A DNA stretch of 64,000 nt from Syncephalis fuscata S228 (Eukaryota; Fungi; Zoopagomycota), in assembly GCA_025786725.1 (NCBI GenBank), contig JAHLTZ010000005.1, forward strand, positions 372,001 through 436,000. Reading direction: 5' to 3'. Shown here in pieces: positions 27,194 to 40,513 of this stretch (position 1 is the first letter of the stretch; every line of letters starts with the position of its first letter). The notes under the pieces were generated by a model that saw only the letters and a program-made list of their open reading frames with translations, did not search any database and was not told the origin of the DNA. The position numbers and the translations under genes are program-made.

Positions 27194-27574
27194 TGCTCAA
27201 ATGTAAATATTAATGTTTGTTCACCAGGAACAAATGTTTAAATGGAATAGTATGCTAAAAGTTAGCAATGGAAGACGGGACAGCGTTAGAAGGGATAAAT
27301 AGTGAACACGATTGTCTAATCTTGTTCCTTTCTGTTTAATGAAACAGGGCCAACCATTCCGAGTTCAGCAAACCAGTTTACATTAGCTGAGCACGAGGTT
27401 AAGCAGTCGTGTGTAAATCGTCCAAACTCGCAAAACGCTCTATTCGTAACCGGTTCTCAAGGTCTGCAGAAAATAATATGCAGGCAATGTTTTAGTTAAC
27501 AAAAGGTCATGGTTTATACATCAATACCGATGGTAGCATGGTTTACGTGCAGTGTGATTAAACTTGTACATTTA

Positions 27575-28566
27575 TTATCTTATGCGAAGGAGTTCAATAA
27601 AAGATGATACCCTGTTGATGGTAGTATTGTTTCGAGTAGTGAATAAAGAGAAATTGATTGGATTAGCACGACTGGCACATGTAGTTGTGGCAGATGCTTT
27701 GAAGAAGTTTAAGCTCAATGCAGCGAGTAAATTCTACTTGTAGGTTATGATAATAAACTAATAATTACTATTAAAACCGTTTTAAAAAATAGCAAACATT
27801 TTACTACCATTCTATCAAAACATCTAAAGTATGTCCCAACAAATTAAAGCTTGTTATAATAGCAGATATCAAGCGTATTGACAAACTGCTAAATATTGCA
27901 ATGAGCCCTTAATCGTAAGTTTTTTCCATTGAAATCCACGACAACGAGCAGTATTTCGATAAACAACATAAATGAATGCAAGAAGAAATAGATCGGCCAC
28001 AAATTCAACAATAAATCGTAGAAAAGGGACGATATTAGGAATAATTGCATGGCATACTCCTGATGAGCTACGATTATTTTTGATTAATGACCAATAATAA
28101 CAATAGACACCGATGCATGTTAAAACACCAAGTGCACCAACTATAACTGGTGTTTTACTGCGGTTATATACTAGGTAGATGTATTGCATCATAAAAACGC
28201 CACTAGTAATAGAATTGATAATGAGACAAACAAGTACTGCATTTTTGGCTAAATGGCACGATGAGTCGCTTAGAAGTAAAAAAACTGAGAATCTAAATCC
28301 AACCAAATCTACAATACCAGTAAGACACGATATCGTACAACATATGGCTGCAAGTTTATGACGACCAGTATGCAAGCATGGCATAATACGAAAAAGATTG
28401 CGTACAAATATCATAAACATCAATGTATATATAACAACTGATATAGCCAGCTTTTGTAGCATGAACGACTATGTTCCATACTAGTAGAACATCTTTGGAA
28501 GTGTTCAAACGCATTTAATCGATCTGTGGTGGTACTAAGTGGATGCATTCTGTTAAAACTAGCCAT
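27575..28566 (-). CDS. GPCR-like 7TM family member (frameshifted; pseudogene or assembly error)
   Basis: MASFNRMHP start, FVRNL, KLAAICCTISC, FLRFIVEF, ends ELLRIR*. Several 1-nt indels. Confidence 0.65.
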
Positions 28567-28819
28567 TAAATTGTTTAAATATTTAGTTGGTTGGCAAAGA
28601 TATGCAATGGTATTATATATCCGGGTATATTAGCACGCTTAGCTGATCATTAACTAAAGCTTTACAGATTGGTTCATGTTTCATAGACAATGCAGTATAA
28701 GGGGCAAATACTCCAAATACGGAATGTATATCCGGCCAATACACTATGATGTATAAATTGAAACAATAAATGGCCTGATTTTGCACATTACCATTATGTT
28801 AAAAATACTTGTGTCACAT

Positions 28820-30050
28820 TATTGTAACATAAATGCTCGGTTTTACACATAGGCACGCTGTTATGCTGTTACTTCTCAATAACCCTGTGCTACCAGCATG
28901 TTACATAAATACTGATACTATCTATGAAATCTGTTAATAGTAAATTATTATCAATGGCAAAAAGAGTGCCGTGTTTGGGCCATGTCCTTTCTAAACATAG
29001 GGTGTTCTGTGTTTTGTCCAAAGATAGCTTTATTGATAATACAATGAAGTAAATGAATCAAAGTTGTCTTTATTTAGAAAACCCCGTTAGCAATTTTATT
29101 GCTTCAAAAATCTATTAGCAAAGCATTGGGCTGCAGTGGTGCAAGTGACTACAACAACAATAGTCGCTCTCCGTCATTGTCCCAACTTATCAAGCAGAAA
29201 ATTGCCTCAAGCAACCTATTTTTTAAGAATTATTTGTGAGCTCAAACGACAGTGATATTTACAATGGGCCTAAGACAGATGCGTAAAAACCAAACTTATA
29301 TAAGCGCAGGTCTATAAATTTGTTAGTTTTTGGTTGAAATAAATTATTTGCATCAAACTGGTAAAGCGCCATTTTTCCATAAGCACACAAACAATGGTTT
29401 AAATTATGATTATTATTTGTTTATTATTCAAAGAAAATACCTCAATAACACATTCGAAAATACCACTTGAGCGTTGCGAATTTGCATTGTTCAAACCCGA
29501 AACCGTTCTTCCAGCACAGCAAGTTAGTGTGCCGCAACTGGCCTCAGCATCTTTATTCGGAGGTCCGCCTATTGTCACACCCAACATACAATGGCAAACT
29601 GCACACGCACCTGCGGATATGACACTTCCGAAGTTGTCCGAATCACCTGGTATTTCAATGTAGGTCACAGGAGAAACTATTTGGTGAATAGCTAAGTTAG
29701 CGTGTTTAGTGCTTATGTTTCAGGTTTGCTTTTGCACTGCATGCTTGGTGGCGAGTATATGGCGCCACTTCGACGACCTCGAACAATACTAGATGTATGT
29801 CTACGTGATGCATCTGGATGCAGGTAAGTTAAATATGCTAAGCAAATTGTATATTCGCTACAACATGTGTAGAAAATGGCATTATCATTTCCAAAATGTA
29901 GAATTATTGGTAGCAGTTCCGTAAAATACTACATAGGGGCTGCTTGTACCCTCCCACTAAATTGCCAAATTGTTTTCCAAAACTCACTTGATGGTAAGTA
30001 TCAAAATAGATTATAAACGACGTTTCATATAGCATTATACTATAGATTTA
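28820..30050 (+). pseudogene. Truncated, decayed copy of the 31622-33373 methyltransferase-like gene
   Basis: 5' part is degraded with stops, middle exons are near-identical to the intact copy, and the final exon is absent after about 30050. Confidence 0.8.
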
Positions 30051-30198
30051 TTAATAGTCACCGATAGTATTGATATATTAACAATAAATAAACGTATTTT
30101 ATTAAAAAAAATTAATTTACCGATACACTTAACCGACTATCAATTTATACAGCATTGATGATAGCATGTTTACGTGTAGTTGGTTAAACTTGTATTTA

Positions 30199-31206
30199 TT
30201 ATCTTATGCGAAGGAGTTCAATAAAAGATGATACCCTGTTGATGGTAGTATTGTTTCGAGTAGTCAAATAAAGAGAAAACCTGGTGGATTAGCACGACTG
30301 GCACATGTAGTTGTGGCAGATGCATCTGAAGAAAGTTCAAGCTCGATGCAACGAGTAAATTCTACTTGTAGTGTTAGAACTAGCAACCTAATAGCATTAC
30401 TATTAACAACTATGTTTAAAATAGCAAAACTTTACTTTTTACTTACCATTCTACCAAAACCATAACTGAGGTATAATTTGCAAACAAATTAAAGCCTGTT
30501 ATAATAGCGAATATCAAACGTATTGACAAATTGTGAATATCGCAATAAGTCCTTTGATAGTAAGTTTGTTCCATTGAAATCCACGACAACGGCAGTATTT
30601 CGATAAACAACATAAATGAATGCAAAGGGAAATAATCGATTACAAATTCTGTGATAAATCGTATAAAAGGGACGATATTAGGAAAAACGAATAGCATACT
30701 CCTCTGGGACTAAGTCCGCTTTTAATTGATGACCAATAATAAAATAGACACCGGTGCATGTTAGAACACCAAGTGTCCCAACTATAACTGGCGTTTTACA
30801 ACGATTATATACTAGATAGGTGTATTGAATCATAAAAACGCCACTAGTAATAGAATTGATAACGATACCAATAAGCGCAGCCTTTCTGACTAAATAACAT
30901 GATGGACCATTTGCAAGTAGAGATGTTGAGAATTTGAATCCAACTATATTTATAATACCAGTAAGACACGATATCGTACAACATATGGCTGCAAGTTTAT
31001 GACGACCAGTATACAAGCATGGCAAATACGAAAAAGATTGCGTATAAATATCATGAATATCAGCACAGTTATAAAAATTGATATAGTCGAGTTTTTGTAG
31101 CATGAACGAATGCGTTCCATACTAGTAGAACATTTTTGGAAGTGTTCAAATACATTTAATTGAAAATGGCGTTATCAAGTGGATGCATTCTGTTAAAACT
31201 GGCCAT
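30199..31206 (-). CDS. GPCR-like 7TM family member (frameshifted; tandem paralog of 27575-28566)
   Basis: MASFNRMHP start, KLAAICCTISCLTG, VLVEW then GTAAG intron at the conserved position, ends ELLRIR*. Confidence 0.65.
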
Positions 31207-31621
31207 TAAAATTGTTTAAATATTTAGTTGGTTGGCAAAGATATGCAATGGTATTATATATCCGGTATATTAGCACCTTAGCTGATATTAACTAAAGCTT
31301 TACAGATTGGTTCATGTTTCATAGACAATGCAGTATAAGGGGCAAATACTCCAAATACGGAATGTATATCCGGCCAATACACTATGATGCATAAATTGAA
31401 ACAACACATAATTTAATTCGGCAAATAGCTACGATGTTAACAATATTTCTGTGTCACTTATTGTAACATAAATGGCTCGGTTTCACAGCACGGTATATTC
31501 GTTTTGCTTAGAACCTAAAGTCTCACTTTTTGAGCTTTCACACCATAGCATCCTGTTATCTTGTTACCTTTTTTCCAATAATCCTGTAGCGCCAAATGTT
31601 ACACTGATATCGACACCATCT

Positions 31622-33373
31622 ATGGGATCCATTAATAGTAAACTATTATCAAATGGCAAAAAAGAAGGCCGTGTTTGGGTCACCACGCCTTCTCCAGACA
31701 TGGAGCGCTCTGTGTCGTGCCCAGAAACAGTCTCAGTAGACAATACAGTCGAAGTAGATGAACCAAAGTCGTCATTATTTAAAAAAACCCGTTGGCAGTT
31801 TTGTCGCTTCAAAAAACCATTGTCAAAGCATTGGGTTGCTGCGCGTGCAAGCGACTACAACAACGATAGTCGCTCTCCATCTATTGTTCCAGCGGCTTAT
31901 CAGGCAGAAGATTGGGCTTCAAGCAATCTGTCTCCCAACAGATCATTTGCGAGCTCGGACGACAGCAGTGTTGGTAACGACCCTGAAATGGACGCATGGA
32001 GACCACACTCACATGAGCGCAGGTCTATGCAATTTGTCAGTGCCGATGACCTATTTCGGCCAAAAACTAAGCCGGTAAAGCGTCGCTCTTCCACAAGCAC
32101 ACTGAATGAAAGTCTAGGCCACAATGACCATCTGTCCATTATTCAAGAAAATACCTCAATAACACATTCGAAAATACCACTTGAGCGTTGCGAATTTGCA
32201 TTGTTCAAACCCGAAACCGTTCTTCCAGCACAGCAAGTTAGTGTGCCGCAACTGGCCTCAGCATCTTTATTCGGAGGTCCGCCTATTGTCACACCCAACA
32301 TACAATGGCAAACTGCACACGCACCTGCGGATATGACACTTCCGAAGTTGTCCGAATCACCTGGTATTTCAATGTAGGTCACAGGAGAAACTATTTGGTG
32401 AATAGCTAAGTTAGCGTGTTTAGTGCTTATGTTTCAGGTTTGCTTTTGCACTGCATGCTTGGTGGCGAGTATATGGCGCCACTTCGACGACCTCGAACAA
32501 TACTAGATGTATGTCTACGTGATTGCATCTGGATGCAGGTAAGTTAAATATGCTAAGCAAATTGTATATTCGCTACAACATGTGTAGAAAATGGCATTAT
32601 CATTTCCAAAATGTAGAATTATTGGTAGCAGTTCCGTAAAATACTACATAGGGGCTGCTTGTACCCTCCCACTAAATTGCCAAATTGTTTTCCAAAACTC
32701 ACTTGATGGTAGTATCAAAATAGATTATAAACGACGTTTCATATAACTTTATGTAATAGATTTGCCAATAGCCACTGATAGCATCGACTATATTCACCAA
32801 CAAATGAAGTCATTTTTATTAACCAAAGATGGCTGGGCAAGACATATACGCAATCTACGCCGCGTATTACGTCCGGGTAAATACATTGAACTAGTTGAAG
32901 TCGACCTGCTTCCATCGCGAGCTGGACCAGGCTCTTCACGACTCGTATGTATGATCCAACGCTTACTCCAGCTACGAGACATTGATCCCGAAATGCCACG
33001 CAAACTTGAACCATTATTGAAGCAATCTGGCTTTAAGCACGTCGAACGACTCGATGTTAATGTGCCTATAGGTGAATGGGGTGGTCCAGGTGGTAAATTA
33101 ATGCTCTGGCTACTCGATACGGTAATTTTTATGATTCGCCAAGCTGTTATTGATGGTATCAATTGGGATCTATTTGAAGGTTACAATGGCTCGATGGTAC
33201 TCGATGAAATGATGCCCGACACACCCATTTGCCTCAATTTAATGGCTTCTGCACCTGATGCAAATTATTCAAACATCACTGCTAATGAATTCGATGCACT
33301 ATGGGATACAACACGCCGTGAAATGACCGTCAATTGTAGTTATTCCACTATGCACGTTTATTTGGCCAAATAA
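31622..33373 (+). CDS. LaeA-like methyltransferase-fold protein lacking the GxGxG motif
   Basis: MGSINSK start; GGEYMAPLRRPRTILDVCLRDCIW; LPIATDSIDYIHQQ; RVLRPGKYIELVE; VPIGEWGG. Paralog of 16181-18133. Confidence 0.8.
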
Positions 33374-34165
33374 TTATTGATTAGTTATTGCCAATAGATG
33401 TATACGCATATATAATTATATAACTATAATAAATATTAATGGTAACACTAGTCCCTTAACATTGTACAAGAATGTATTGCACTCTTCTACTTCGTGTTAC
33501 CTATTTCTTTTATCAATTACTTGGTCCCTGCTACTATTCTCAGGCTAATTTTACCAGAATCATAGTCTGTAGGTGGTCTGAGTGTCGATTGGTCAATCTC
33601 TCCGCTTTTTTATCCCCGTCTCTTACTTCACATGGCCACCATTGCTTTAATATTTTCACTTATCCTTTTCTCTGTTACTGCAACTATTACATTTTATCTG
33701 CACCACCATTACCACCACATTCTTCATTTATTCGCTCTATTTTTACTCATCTTGTTAACACACACGCTTTCTTTCTCTCACACTTCGTACTTGGCTTATC
33801 TTTTCTTCTTATTCTACTACTAACTACTACTACACTTCATTTTATTCATCTATCCAGTGATTCTGTTGTCATCCACTACGCACCATCTCTCGCACGTTCC
33901 ACGCACTTTGGTAACAACGCCTATTTCTTTCATTGAATCCTTTGGCATACACGTAATTCCGTTGAAAGCACAAGTGTATCTCTTTTTCTCTTTCTTTCTG
34001 TAAACAGCTGTTATCTTTATATTCAATTTGCGTTTAGAAACGTTTTCATATTGCAGCTGGTTCGGCTAGTTACTTTGTAATCATCATTATTTGCAAATAT
34101 TATTGATTTTTGCCTTTTACCTTTGTTTAAGCTTTATTCAGTTTAAATATTAAGTACTACTGAAG

Positions 34166-35099
34166 ATGCCTACATTTGCCAGCAGCACAGGTCACACGGA
34201 ACTGAACACGGCGACATCGATTGAACAAGCAGCTGTGGAGGGCGTGACTGCTATTACCACCGACCTTGAATGTACTGCCACAGGTACGGTCAGCCTTAGT
34301 AGGAAGAATGGTAAGGTATCTTTGGCCGATGACGATGAGGATATGATAATAGAGTCATCGGCTGAAGAAGTAGAAGCCGAGATTATGGACACTGACGAGC
34401 AACTTGCCGATGAGACAGACTATGGTCTACTCGGCTATCCTCGGCCATGGCAGGATCTGTTCCGTACATCTCTAAAGCCAGATCGTTTGGGACCACTCTA
34501 TTCAGGGGCATGTTTCCAGGGCGAACAGCGTAGCGGTGTTCATAGCTATGATGTCATTGTTCGCATTCAACATGTGGATTTAAAGGCGGCTACACTTTCA
34601 GGCTACCTGCATATCCATGGATTAACGACCGATTATCCGGAATTGACTACATTCTTTGAAGCTGAACTCATTGGTAGTCGGTATCCTTTCCTTACTCGTA
34701 AATGGGGTGCCAGTGAGGACATTGATAAACAGCATTGGGTAAGTATTGTATTGAAGATAAATATAATATTTACATATTGATTAATAACAATTTAATGGAT
34801 TATAGATGAAATTCTCTGCATTCGAGCCATATAAGCATAAATTCAATCGCGATGAATTTAAATATGACTTTGCTGGTCAAGACTACGTATTTATGCGTTG
34901 GAAGGAGCATTTCCTAGTGCCTGACCATCGTGTTCAGTCAATTCATGGTGCTTCCTTTGCCGGATTCTACTATATTTGTTGCCATCTTTCTGCCGGTAAT
35001 ATCACCGGTTTCTACTATCATGTTAACTCGGAATGGTTCCAAAACATTTCGTTAAAACATCGACCAATTCAAACGAATTCAACCTACGAATTACGTTAA
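34166..35099 (+). CDS. GID4: GID complex substrate receptor GID4/VID24, 2 exons (34166-34738, 34806-35099)
   Basis: LYSGACFQGEQRS, LTTFFEAELIG, FLTRKWGA, YVFMRWKEHFLVPDH, GASFAGFYYIC. Confidence 0.92.
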
Positions 35100-35669
35100 A
35101 TGCGCAGTATGAATTTCTTTTCTTTTACAGTATACTTTGATAAGTACTGTTCTTTCCAATGATGGCCAGTGATTTGTGCGTTGTTTTTACGTACAAATCT
35201 TGTTTCGATATGTGCACAATATTATTAAGAAATACATTTTAGATGAGTGGAATAATAGACTACTAATGTAGAAATGTATTAGTGTGTGTTTATTAGATAG
35301 TTGTATAATGATATATAACAATACAGTAATATACAACACTTGGTAGACTATTTAATTAATGAATTTATCGATCATTTGTATTGTATATTCAATGTTGACC
35401 ATTATAGTGACCATTAAGTGATAACACAGAAACTACAACGCTTAGGATACTTGTATCATTTTCAGGCAGCCTATCAAAACCCCGCCACGAGATAGCCATA
35501 GGTCATTCTGCTTCATCTCGTTTTTTAACTATTACGCTGTGGATTCGGTCGGTGCATACTTCTTTCGTACACGCACACAAACACAAATACTAGCATACGG
35601 CGTCTTTTTTCTATTCTGATACTACGTTGTTATTGAAAAGACTTACTCCAAGTGTATACATACATCTAT

Positions 35670-36608
35670 ACACACACACACACACACACACTATCTATAC
35701 ACTGCCCATGCGTTATTGTAGTTGGATTTAACTTGTTACTAGCACAAACTATAATCAACAAGGTTCTATTACTATTTGAGATGTAAGTATTGGTAACAAT
35801 AGGGGGTTTATTGGGCTACTGAGGCAGTATTATACTTGAGATGACGATAGACGGATGGCTATAATATCGATATTGATAATACGATAACAATATGATGAGT
35901 GTAATAGTAACATGGGTAGAATATTAATAATATTTATTATATTATGATAATTATTATAATTGGCAGTAATTATAATATTGTATCTGAGTTATTATTATTA
36001 TTATTATTTCGGCAATACTACACCCATACACACACACACACACACACACACAATCTGCACTGTTCTTGTATTCAATGTGAAAATGATGGAGTTTAATTGA
36101 TATATTGGGTCTACTAGTTGGTAAACTTTGGTTTCCTTTCACAGACTATTACTATTACTACTACTACTCTACTGCTGCGCGATCCATCTTCTTATTTTCT
36201 GCAATTTATACTGCTGCCATTGTTGTTGTCGTTGTAGTAACAGTAATTACAGTGCTTTTCGTTTGATTATAGTTAAACTAACGGTTGCTGTGTTCATCTA
36301 CATACACGCGTATCTTTCTTACTCTTTCGGTTTGGATCCATATACTTGCACCTGTGGTCATCATCTGTGTGCCTATTTCCCGTCTTACTTGCCTCTGACC
36401 ATACGAACACTATAGTAAACAATACTAGGTAAGTGTTACAGACGCTATGGTATACTAAATCTAATAACTTTTATTTATGATCTAGTTGAGCGCCCTTCAG
36501 ATCTCTGCCTTCTATATTGTTTTCTGTTTCTAAATCGCCACTGTTATCGTTGTTGTTTTTGTTGTTGTCGCTTCTCGTTCACTCACTCACTCACTCACTC
36601 ACTCACTC
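35670..36608. repeat. Microsatellites: (CA)n near 35670 and 36027, (CACT)n 36579-36608, in the region upstream of eIF4E
   Basis: Directly visible simple repeats. Confidence 0.85.
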
Positions 36609-36797
36609 TTCTGTTTAGTGCGTGTTTATTGCGTCTACACGTCTCGATTACTTTACTATTGGTGGTGCGTGCGTGCGTGTGCGCTCGTCGGTCCTTGTCA
36701 CTTTCTCTTATTCACGCTGTTCATCCCGCTTGACGCGCGGTTGTAATTTCTTTTTATTTTCATCTAAGCTTGTTTCATCTCCCATAACAACAACGAC

Positions 36798-37738
36798 ATG
36801 TCTGCCGACGCTACGGTTGCCGCTACATCTCCATCGTAAGTATAAGTGTTGCGATGCGGACCTATCACACTAAGAAAGGGCACGCGTCAAGCAAAGTAAA
36901 ACGGCTACTAACGATACAACAACAATGTCCATTCTACGACAATATTAGTGCCGAGCAGGCCACTCCTGCCAATGGCGCCACGGAACAAAATGTATTACAG
37001 CTCACCGAGGATGGGCGCCATTTATTGAAGGCTGAATGGACACTTTGGTTTATGCATCGTGCACCAGGCCAGAAAATTACCGATTATGAGGGAGCCATAA
37101 AGAAAATTGGTTCATTTGGCACGGTAAGAAGGTATCTGTTGGCGATTGCTGGTTACTAATATACATATGGTGCATAATATAGATTGAAGATTACTGGGCA
37201 GTCTACAGTCATCTTCAGCGTCCTAATGATTTGCCTAATATCAGCGACTACCACATGTTCCGCAAGGGTGTACGACCAGTCTGGGAGGCAAGAACTATTT
37301 GATTGAGTTTATTATTGATAGTAGATACTTACATATATTTAATGATTAGGATGATGCAAATGTTCTAGGTGGAAAATGGATTTGCCGTTTAAAGAAAGGT
37401 TTAACCTCGCGCTATTGGGAACAATTGGTTAGTGGTGGATAAATACGTAGTTTATTTCAATTGTATTTATAATATGAGCCTATTAGATTATGGCGGTTAT
37501 TTCAGAGCAATTCGATGTTGGTGATGAGATCTGCGGTCTAGTCGTATCTGTTCGTCATTCTGAAGATATTATCTCTATTTGGAATCGTACAAGCACAGAC
37601 ACGGAAAGCAACCTAAAGATTCGCGACACCGTTAAACGTGTACTGGGATTACCGATGGAAACAGTCATGGAGTACAAGTCGCATAACGATGCTATTCAAG
37701 ATAACAGCAGTTTCCGCAACACAGCCGTCTATAAATGA
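36798..37738 (+). CDS. EIF4E2: Translation initiation factor eIF4E class II (4EHP/eIF4E2-like), multi-exon
   Basis: WTLWFMHR, Tyr in DYEG at the cap-stacking Trp position (class II), YWAVYSHL, HMFRKGVRPVWED, GGKW, ICGLVVSVR. GC-AG intron 37288-37349. Confidence 0.88.
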
Positions 37739-38463
37739 GCATTATAATCGCCAATATACTAGTAATCATTTCATTAAGAAATAACTTGGGAAATTTACTG
37801 GCTACATAAACAATAAAGCGTGTTTAGTATAAATATTGCGTATTTGTCAGATAGAGTATTTATTTATTGACTTACTAACTTGTAATGAATGCAAATTTCA
37901 AATAATTAAAAATAGACATCGTGTACAATTAATACTTAATTGCAAGCTATTTTGAATACTTAAATATTTATAAATAGCTTTTATTTGCAGTAATGATGTT
38001 ATTGTTATGAAATGGCATTATAGCTTAGTTTGATGTGTTTAGCCCAAATCAATATTACAATATGTTTAACATTCTAAAGATTTTGAGGCATATATTCCTG
38101 AACGTTGTCGTACTCTGGATTATAAAGTCATGACATACAACAAATCGAGTGTAGAAAAATAGTCATAAACGATACACACTGGATATATCAATTACGTGAA
38201 TGGCTACATGATCTATTTTTAATCCAATATATCTTTACTGTTGTGTATTTAATTAAATGATATAGTGTAATGTATATATAACATACACTTGCATTTCTAA
38301 TACTGATAGACAATAAACAAACAATATTAAGACAAGCACAATTACAACAATCAAATCTTGTTCGATGGCTATATGAAACCATAACAGTAATTTGTTTAAT
38401 ATTTAAAAAAGCTTCCGTTTGTACTATTTGTCGATACATAACTTAATTACGAGCCAACTAGCT

Positions 38464-39300
38464 ATGAATGACGACGATAGTAGCCAGGACTGGTTGGAGC
38501 GAGACGAGGACTGGCTAACCTACTCGGTATTACCAAGTAATGCCGCTCAAACAGCTGAGAAGGAAGACGAAAACCGAAAAGTAAAACGGCTAAAGCGCGA
38601 TGAGCCCTGCAATGACAATAACGACAAAACAATAGATAGACCAGGACAGACTTGTGTTATATGTCTATTGCCATGGACACGACGTACTTATTTAATCGAT
38701 TGCTTGCACAGTTTCTGCTTTGACTGTATTGCTCGATGGTTGAAGCATCAGCCAGTATGTCCACTTTGTAAACAGCCACCACGATCGATTGCTATGCTGG
38801 CTGAAGATGACAACAATGAAGACAATACTAGCAATAGTGATGAGCTGACAACTGGACAGTTGATTCATCGCACGCTTGATGAATTAGAGCCACCACCCTG
38901 TTTACCAGGAAAATGGCATAATCGTCGTAGTGTTTATCGTCGTTCATTGCGTGCAGATAATCCACCTCGCAATGTAATTGTATCACGAATTAAGACACAT
39001 CATTTACGACGACTACGACCATTTGTTGAACGAGAATTAAGTGCACTTCTTGGTGACGATAACGATGATATTGTCATGACGTATACCATTGAAGTGCTAC
39101 TAGATACGACACCATCCTTCGTCACTGCCTCTAATAGCGACAGCGATGACGTATGGCGTGAACGACTTACACAACGTCTTGCTATTTATCTTGGCAATGA
39201 TGCAGCAGTATTTCTACGCGAGATTATTACGTTTCTTGAAAGTGGTCGTGATATGAAAACATTTGACCACACAGTAAGTTATACGGCAACCTCGCCATAA
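38464..39300 (+). CDS. C3HC4 RING E3 ligase (Topors/Psh1-like), copy A
   Basis: CVICLLPW..CLHSFCFDCIARW..CPLCK; C-terminal LRPFVERELSALL and FLREIITFLESG..FD as in Topors-like RING proteins. Confidence 0.85.
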   Translation: MNDDDSSQDWLERDEDWLTYSVLPSNAAQTAEKEDENRKVKRLKRDEPCNDNNDKTIDRPGQTCVICLLPWTRRTYLIDCLHSFCFDCIARWLKHQPVCPLCKQPPRSIAMLAEDDNNEDNTSNSDELTTGQLIHRTLDELEPPPCLPGKWHNRRSVYRRSLRADNPPRNVIVSRIKTHHLRRLRPFVERELSALLGDDNDDIVMTYTIEVLLDTTPSFVTASNSDSDDVWRERLTQRLAIYLGNDAAVFLREIITFLESGRDMKTFDHTVSYTATSP

Positions 39301-39376
39301 ATGACACAAGGCAACAAATAGCTATCAAACCATTGTATTTATAAGCAATAAAGCATTTATTACTAGCGTAGACTGT

Positions 39377-40513
39377 TTAGACAAATAGCGTCAACACAGC
39401 AATGACAAAGGCAACAGCTGATACACCACCAATGCTGCTAGCTGTTTTGTCGCTGCCATTGTTACCATTGTTGTCATCATCGCCATTTGTGGAGTTTGTA
39501 ACATTCTTGACTGGCCATAATATTTGACCGCTACAGCTACTTTTTACAAATTGTGGTGGATCTCTTAAAGTGAATACGTCTTCTGAAATAACAAAATAAA
39601 GTGTTGTACCAATGATCTTGCCATTATCACACTGTAAATTAATCTTGCCCTTAAGCCCAAGGTCTTTCTTTAAAGCATTTATAAATTCATCACTATTCCT
39701 TCGATCTCCAGGCTTAATACCAGCATTGATAAAAGCATTGGAAGGGCTATATATTTTGAGATACAGAGTAGCATCACTGAAATAGTCGATCATATCTTTG
39801 TTAGCCTTGTAATCTTTACCGTAACACTTGGGATCAGTGTAGAAACACAGGTGCCGTATTTGTTCCATTCACGAGTCCTAATAATAAATTAATTAAAAAC
39901 AATATGCATATTGTAATTTCATTACCAAAGTCCACTATTGTAACCTTTTTTTGAGGGCCAATACGTTATCATGCTGTCATACTCATCCCCAAAATTTGAC
40001 TGGAGTTTAGTACCAACGCTCTTGTACTGACGTTCTGAGTCACATCCATCTTCAGGTGGAAGTTCACCATTACTATAATTTAGTGTTAATTGGCTATTTA
40101 TCATTTATAAGCTGTACAACTTACCAACCAGTGGGTGAAATCCATGGATGGTAAAATTATTGGTTGGCCCTAATGTTGTGTCCCACTAGTAATTGTATTA
40201 AAACACCGCCCTTTATTACTGTTATTATTATGCCTTACTCGTAACACAAGTTGAAGAAGACCATATTTTGGAACACAACAGAGGTCAGTAGTAGTCGTGT
40301 TGGCACTACACGAATAAAAATCTGGACAATTATTTCTGTATCGATGTAAACTAACTCGCATGCCATTAATATAATCAGGTAGTATAAGCGTACCAGCCAA
40401 TGACGGACTAAGTCCGACAAAAGCAAAAGAAGCAATAGTAGCGACGATAGTCTAGTATAGATTTGTATTGACAAGGTAAATAAGACAAATGAAGACTGAC
40501 TCAATTGCTTCAT
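39377..40513 (-). CDS. RNase T2-like protein, predicted catalytically inactive copy; signal peptide and GPI-type tail; 4 exons
   Basis: DLCCVPKYG, FTIHGFHP (CAS I altered), TYWPS, LWTREWNKYGTC (CAS II His to Arg and His to Tyr). Contains 1-nt indels. Confidence 0.85.

Larger units (their letters stand above)
27515..32760. repeat. Direct tandem duplication of a ~2.6 kb unit (about 27515-30050 and 30142-32760): 7TM gene plus 5' part of the methyltransferase-like gene
   Basis: 27571-27650 matches 30195-30274; 28540-28765 matches 31180-31403; 29425-30030 is near-identical to 32140-32744. Confidence 0.9.

Noticed and set aside
27300-27500. Possible third, older relic of the methyltransferase 5' region
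   Set aside because: Only faint short matches to 31660-31750, not supportable by eye.
33472-33936. 154-aa and 63-aa ORFs upstream of GID4
   Set aside because: Pyrimidine-rich, low-complexity promoter or UTR sequence with no domain signal.
35954-36873. Short Cys/Leu-rich ORFs upstream of eIF4E
   Set aside because: They are translations of microsatellites. The region looks like a long leader with possible UTR introns.
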